Origin: an uncultured Acidobacteriota bacterium
Lineage (GTDB): Bacteria; Acidobacteriota; Terriglobia; UBA7540
DNA: 64,000 nt
Direction: 5' to 3'
Assembly (NCBI GenBank): GCA_963804995.1
Contig: CAWDSK010000003.1
Coordinates: 384,001-448,000 of the forward strand
The notes below the pieces were generated by a model that worked only from the letters and a program-made list of their open reading frames with translations, searched no databases and was not told where the DNA came from. Position numbers and translations under genes: made by a program. Positions 63,418-64,000 of the stretch are shown in pieces. Every line of letters begins with the position of its first letter. Position 1 is the first letter of the stretch.

Positions 63418-63606
63418 GTCTATCGCTAAGGTGGGCATTTGAGATGAAGTGTGCGGCGATCAGAGTGTGGAACCCTCCCGTTGCACACACCTTCCAGATT
63501 GTGACCGCATCAGTAGGCCTCTCGCAATTCCCTGCCCCATATGCTATGTTTACCGCTTCGCACTCGCGGTTCAGGACCCTATACACACCAACAATGGAGA
63601 GGCCGG

Positions 63607-64000
63607 ATGAAGCAGATACGTTTGCTCTCAATAATCCTTCTAATCGCCCCGGGTGTCTTTGCACAGGACTGGGCGCGGGAGCGCGTGGACAAGTCTCCAC
63701 GCCATGGCGAATGGGCTACAGTGAAGCACGGTGATCGGGCGGTTGAAACTTTCGTGGTCTACCCGGAGTCGAAAACGAAGACTCCGGTAGTATTGGTTAT
63801 CCACGAGATTTTCGGCTTGACCGATTGGGTCCAGGACCTGGCCGACCAAGTCGCCGAAGCCGGCTACATCGCCGTGGCCCCGGACCTGCTCTCCGGCATG
63901 GGCCCGAACGGAGGCCGCACCTCGGATTTCCCCCCGGGCAAGGCCACCGAAGGAGTGAGTCATCTCAATCCCGATCAGGTCACGGCTGATCTGAATGCTG
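63607..64000 (+). CDS. Dienelactone hydrolase family protein, 5' part (runs off window)
   Basis: Manual translation MKQIRLLSIILLIAPGVFAQDWA...VLVIHEIFGLTDWV...AGYIAVAPDLLSG. Confidence 0.88.
   Translation, partial: MKQIRLLSIILLIAPGVFAQDWARERVDKSPRHGEWATVKHGDRAVETFVVYPESKTKTPVVLVIHEIFGLTDWVQDLADQVAEAGYIAVAPDLLSGMGPNGGRTSDFPPGKATEGVSHLNPDQVTADLNA

Overview
GC-rich bacterial chromosomal DNA, most likely Acidobacteriota (inferred from acidobacterial-type VWA proteins, TonB-C-terminal proteins, a pilin-like domain and a GTTC-N7-(G/A)TTC box at lexA). Housekeeping blocks: pyrG/kdsA/kdsD, lexA, coaD, an aminotransferase and manA/manC/PMM/ugd/uxs. Accessory loci: an IS6-like element, an RND efflux operon, a RelE/ParE toxin-antitoxin pair, an FTR1-DUF2318 + ABC iron-uptake operon whose ATPase is fused to a DtxR-type metal-binding domain, and a UbiA + farnesol-dehydrogenase-like SDR + phytol-kinase/DUF92 operon. 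The most striking feature is a complete NHLP-type peptide export cluster (TolC, adaptor, C39-peptidase ABC, second ABC, cNMP-binding protein) headed by an unannotated 42-aa double-glycine precursor whose predicted core is only IKFF, with no modification enzyme in the window. Intergenic DNA is dense in REP/REPIN-like palindromes, nested MITE-like insertions and inverted heptamer arrays. At least six single-base frameshifts in otherwise intact genes suggest assembly indel errors, which limits confidence in any claim resting on one base. No rRNA, tRNA or CRISPR was seen. All family calls come from motif recognition by eye, not database searches.
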